Position numbers and translations under genes: made by a program. The notes beneath the pieces were generated by a model, which did not search any database, was not told the origin of the DNA, and worked only from the letters and a program-made list of their open reading frames with translations. Positions 30,920-32,000 of a stretch of DNA of 32,000 nucleotides are shown piece after piece (positions within the stretch are counted from its first letter, which is position 1; each line of letters opens with the position of its first letter). Origin of the DNA: Patescibacteria group bacterium. Its GTDB lineage: Bacteria; Patescibacteriota; Minisyncoccia; UBA6257; HR35. The DNA lies in assembly GCA_023480925.1 (NCBI GenBank), contig JAMCWY010000016.1, positions 9,269-41,268 of the forward strand, in the 5' to 3' direction.

Positions 30920-31386
30920 TAGACTCGGCGCGGTTTCGACGGCGTTGAACCGCCAAATGGAATTGGCGTCTTGTCCTCGATCACCTGAAAATTAATATCG
31001 GCCGTGAATAAAGTTCGCAAAGCCGAATCCCGACCCGGACCAATACCTCGAACCAAAACCTTCGCCTCGCTGATTTCAAACCTTTTTATTTTTTCAAGCA
31101 AAATATCGGCGGCTTTGGCGCCGGCGTAAGGCGTTGACTCTTTCGTATTTTTAAAGCCAACCGCGCCGGCGGACGACCAGGCCAAAACATTGCCTCGGTC
31201 ATCGGTGAAAGCAATAATGGTGTTGTTAAAATTGGCTGTAATATGAAAAACACCAAGACTGATTGGCGTCTTTTTTCGCGCCTTAGCCAAATCCGCCCTG
31301 TCTTCTTTTTGCTCGTCTAAATTTTGCTTTGACTTTAACTCTTTCTCTTTTTTTGGTTCAATGTTTTTTTCTTTGGTCGTTGCCAT
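30919..31386 (-). CDS. rpsK: 30S ribosomal protein S11 with a Lys/Glu-rich N-terminal extension
   Basis: 155 aa. The S11 core starts at about residue 40 (GV.HI...FNNTII..TD..GN..AWSSAG..GFK...) and ends DKTPIPFGG..P.K.RRV. Confidence 0.95.
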   Translation of the reverse strand: MATTKEKNIEPKKEKELKSKQNLDEQKEDRADLAKARKKTPISLGVFHITANFNNTIIAFTDDRGNVLAWSSAGAVGFKNTKESTPYAGAKAADILLEKIKRFEISEAKVLVRGIGPGRDSALRTLFTADINFQVIEDKTPIPFGGSTPSKPRRV

Positions 31387-31397
31387 TGATTTTTATT

Positions 31398-31778
31398 TTA
31401 TTTCTTGGTCAACTTTCGCTTGCCCGAACCAACAGTCTTAACTTTGCCTTTCTTCGTTCGCGCGTTTGTTTTTGTCCGCTGGCCGCGCGCCGGCAACTTA
31501 TGATGGTGGCGCGAACCCCGGTAAGACGAAATTTCAACCAAACGTTTAATGTTCGATTGGACCTCTCGTCTCAACTCGCCCTCAACCTTGACCCGGCTAT
31601 TGATATATTTTTCAATCTTGCTAATATCATCGGAGGAAAGTTCGCCAATTTTTTTCATCGGATCAATTTTCAACTCCAAACAAACTTCCTTGGCCAAAGG
31701 TTGGCCAACGCCATAAATCCGAGGCAGAGAAAACATCACTCGCTTATCAGGCAAGTTAACACCGGCGATTCTAACCAT
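31398..31778 (-). CDS. rpsM: 30S ribosomal protein S13
   Basis: 126 aa with M.RIAGVNLP....V...L..IYG.G, YRG.RH...LP.RGQRT.TNART.KG. Confidence 0.97.
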   Translation of the reverse strand: MVRIAGVNLPDKRVMFSLPRIYGVGQPLAKEVCLELKIDPMKKIGELSSDDISKIEKYINSRVKVEGELRREVQSNIKRLVEISSYRGSRHHHKLPARGQRTKTNARTKKGKVKTVGSGKRKLTKK

Positions 31779-31847
31779 AATTTAACTAACGTTTAAAACG
31801 TTTTAACCAATAAAAATTACTTTAATCGGAAAACAAAATAAAATTCT

Positions 31848-31860
31848 CCCCGCTTTGGGG
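31848..31860 (-). terminator. Weak hairpin plus U-tract upstream of rpsM
   Basis: The minus strand reads CCCC-AAAGC-GGGG followed by AGAATTTTATTTTGTTTT. The stem is only 4 bp. Confidence 0.3.
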
Positions 31861-31940
31861 CAATATTTAAATCTTAACACAAAATTAAAATTAAGGCAAG
31901 GAATGAGATAACCCGGAAATCTACTAGCGTTTTTAATAAA

Positions 31941-31963
31941 CCGCGAAACGGGTCTAGTCGCGG
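31941..31963 (-). terminator. Hairpin spanning the stop codon of the partial upstream ORF
   Basis: The minus strand reads CCGCGA-CTAGACCCGTT-TCGCGG followed by TTTATTAAAAA. The stem is 6 bp. Confidence 0.35.
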
Positions 31964-32000
31964 TGTTTGAGGTTTTCCACGTTTAACTTGACTTTAAATT
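31954..32000 (-). CDS. 3' end of a gene running off the right edge, possibly ribosomal protein L36
   Basis: The last 14 full codons read FKVKLNVENLKHRD-stop. This loosely resembles the L36 C-terminus (RVYVICENPKHKQRQG), and the position upstream of rpsM fits. There is too little sequence to be sure. Confidence 0.3.
   Translation of the reverse strand, partial: FKVKLNVENLKHRD

Noticed and set aside
1-32000. CRISPR arrays, transposases or integrases, a reverse transcriptase/DGR, toxin-antitoxin pairs, prophage genes
   Set aside because: I looked for regularly spaced direct repeats, terminal inverted repeats, and recognisable RT, integrase or transposase motifs in all listed ORFs and found none. 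The surface-protein repeats are divergent at the DNA level, with no template/variable repeat pair.
1-32000. Alternative genetic code (UGA recoding as in some CPR lineages)
   Set aside because: All conserved genes translate full-length with the standard table. In addition, ftsK terminates at TGA exactly after its conserved gamma domain and acidic tail, immediately before the next gene.

Overview
This is a gene-dense 32-kb bacterial window that reads cleanly with the standard code (ftsK ends in TGA). Many genes overlap by 1-23 nt. I infer a Patescibacteria/CPR-like small genome from several traits: S5 is followed directly by L15 with no L30 gene, proteins are short, several r-proteins are zinc-ribbon variants, and there are peptidoglycan-binding and lamin-tail-like surface proteins. 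No rRNA is present to confirm this.

Gene content:
- Positions 1-6401 (-): a ribosomal-protein cluster running L2-S19-L22-S3-L16-L29-S17-L14-L24-L5-S14-S8-L6-L18-S5-L15. It starts abruptly at L2.
- Positions 28919-31778 (-): a second r-protein/RNAP cluster, S13-S11-S4-RpoA-L17-S16. Its RpoA has no C-terminal domain.
- Between the clusters, housekeeping genes: an orphan acyl-carrier-like protein, gap, rpmG (missed by the ORF track), an rpe-like barrel, infC, ssrA (tmRNA) with smpB, ftsK, map, ppa and nusA.
- Also between the clusters, less certain calls: a LOG/TIGR00725-family protein, an HTH membrane protein, a small Hjc-like nuclease-fold ORF, membrane transporters and an M16 peptidase.

The most unusual parts:
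- A 1126-aa charge-poor, Ser/Thr/Asn-rich tandem beta-module surface protein with an N-terminal peptidoglycan-binding domain (9776-13156).
- The 1.4-kb AT-rich, essentially ORF-free island upstream of it (13157-14591).
- A ~280-nt GC-patchy non-coding gap next to ssrA (18100-18381).

I found no CRISPR array, transposase, integrase, reverse transcriptase, tRNA or rRNA gene.
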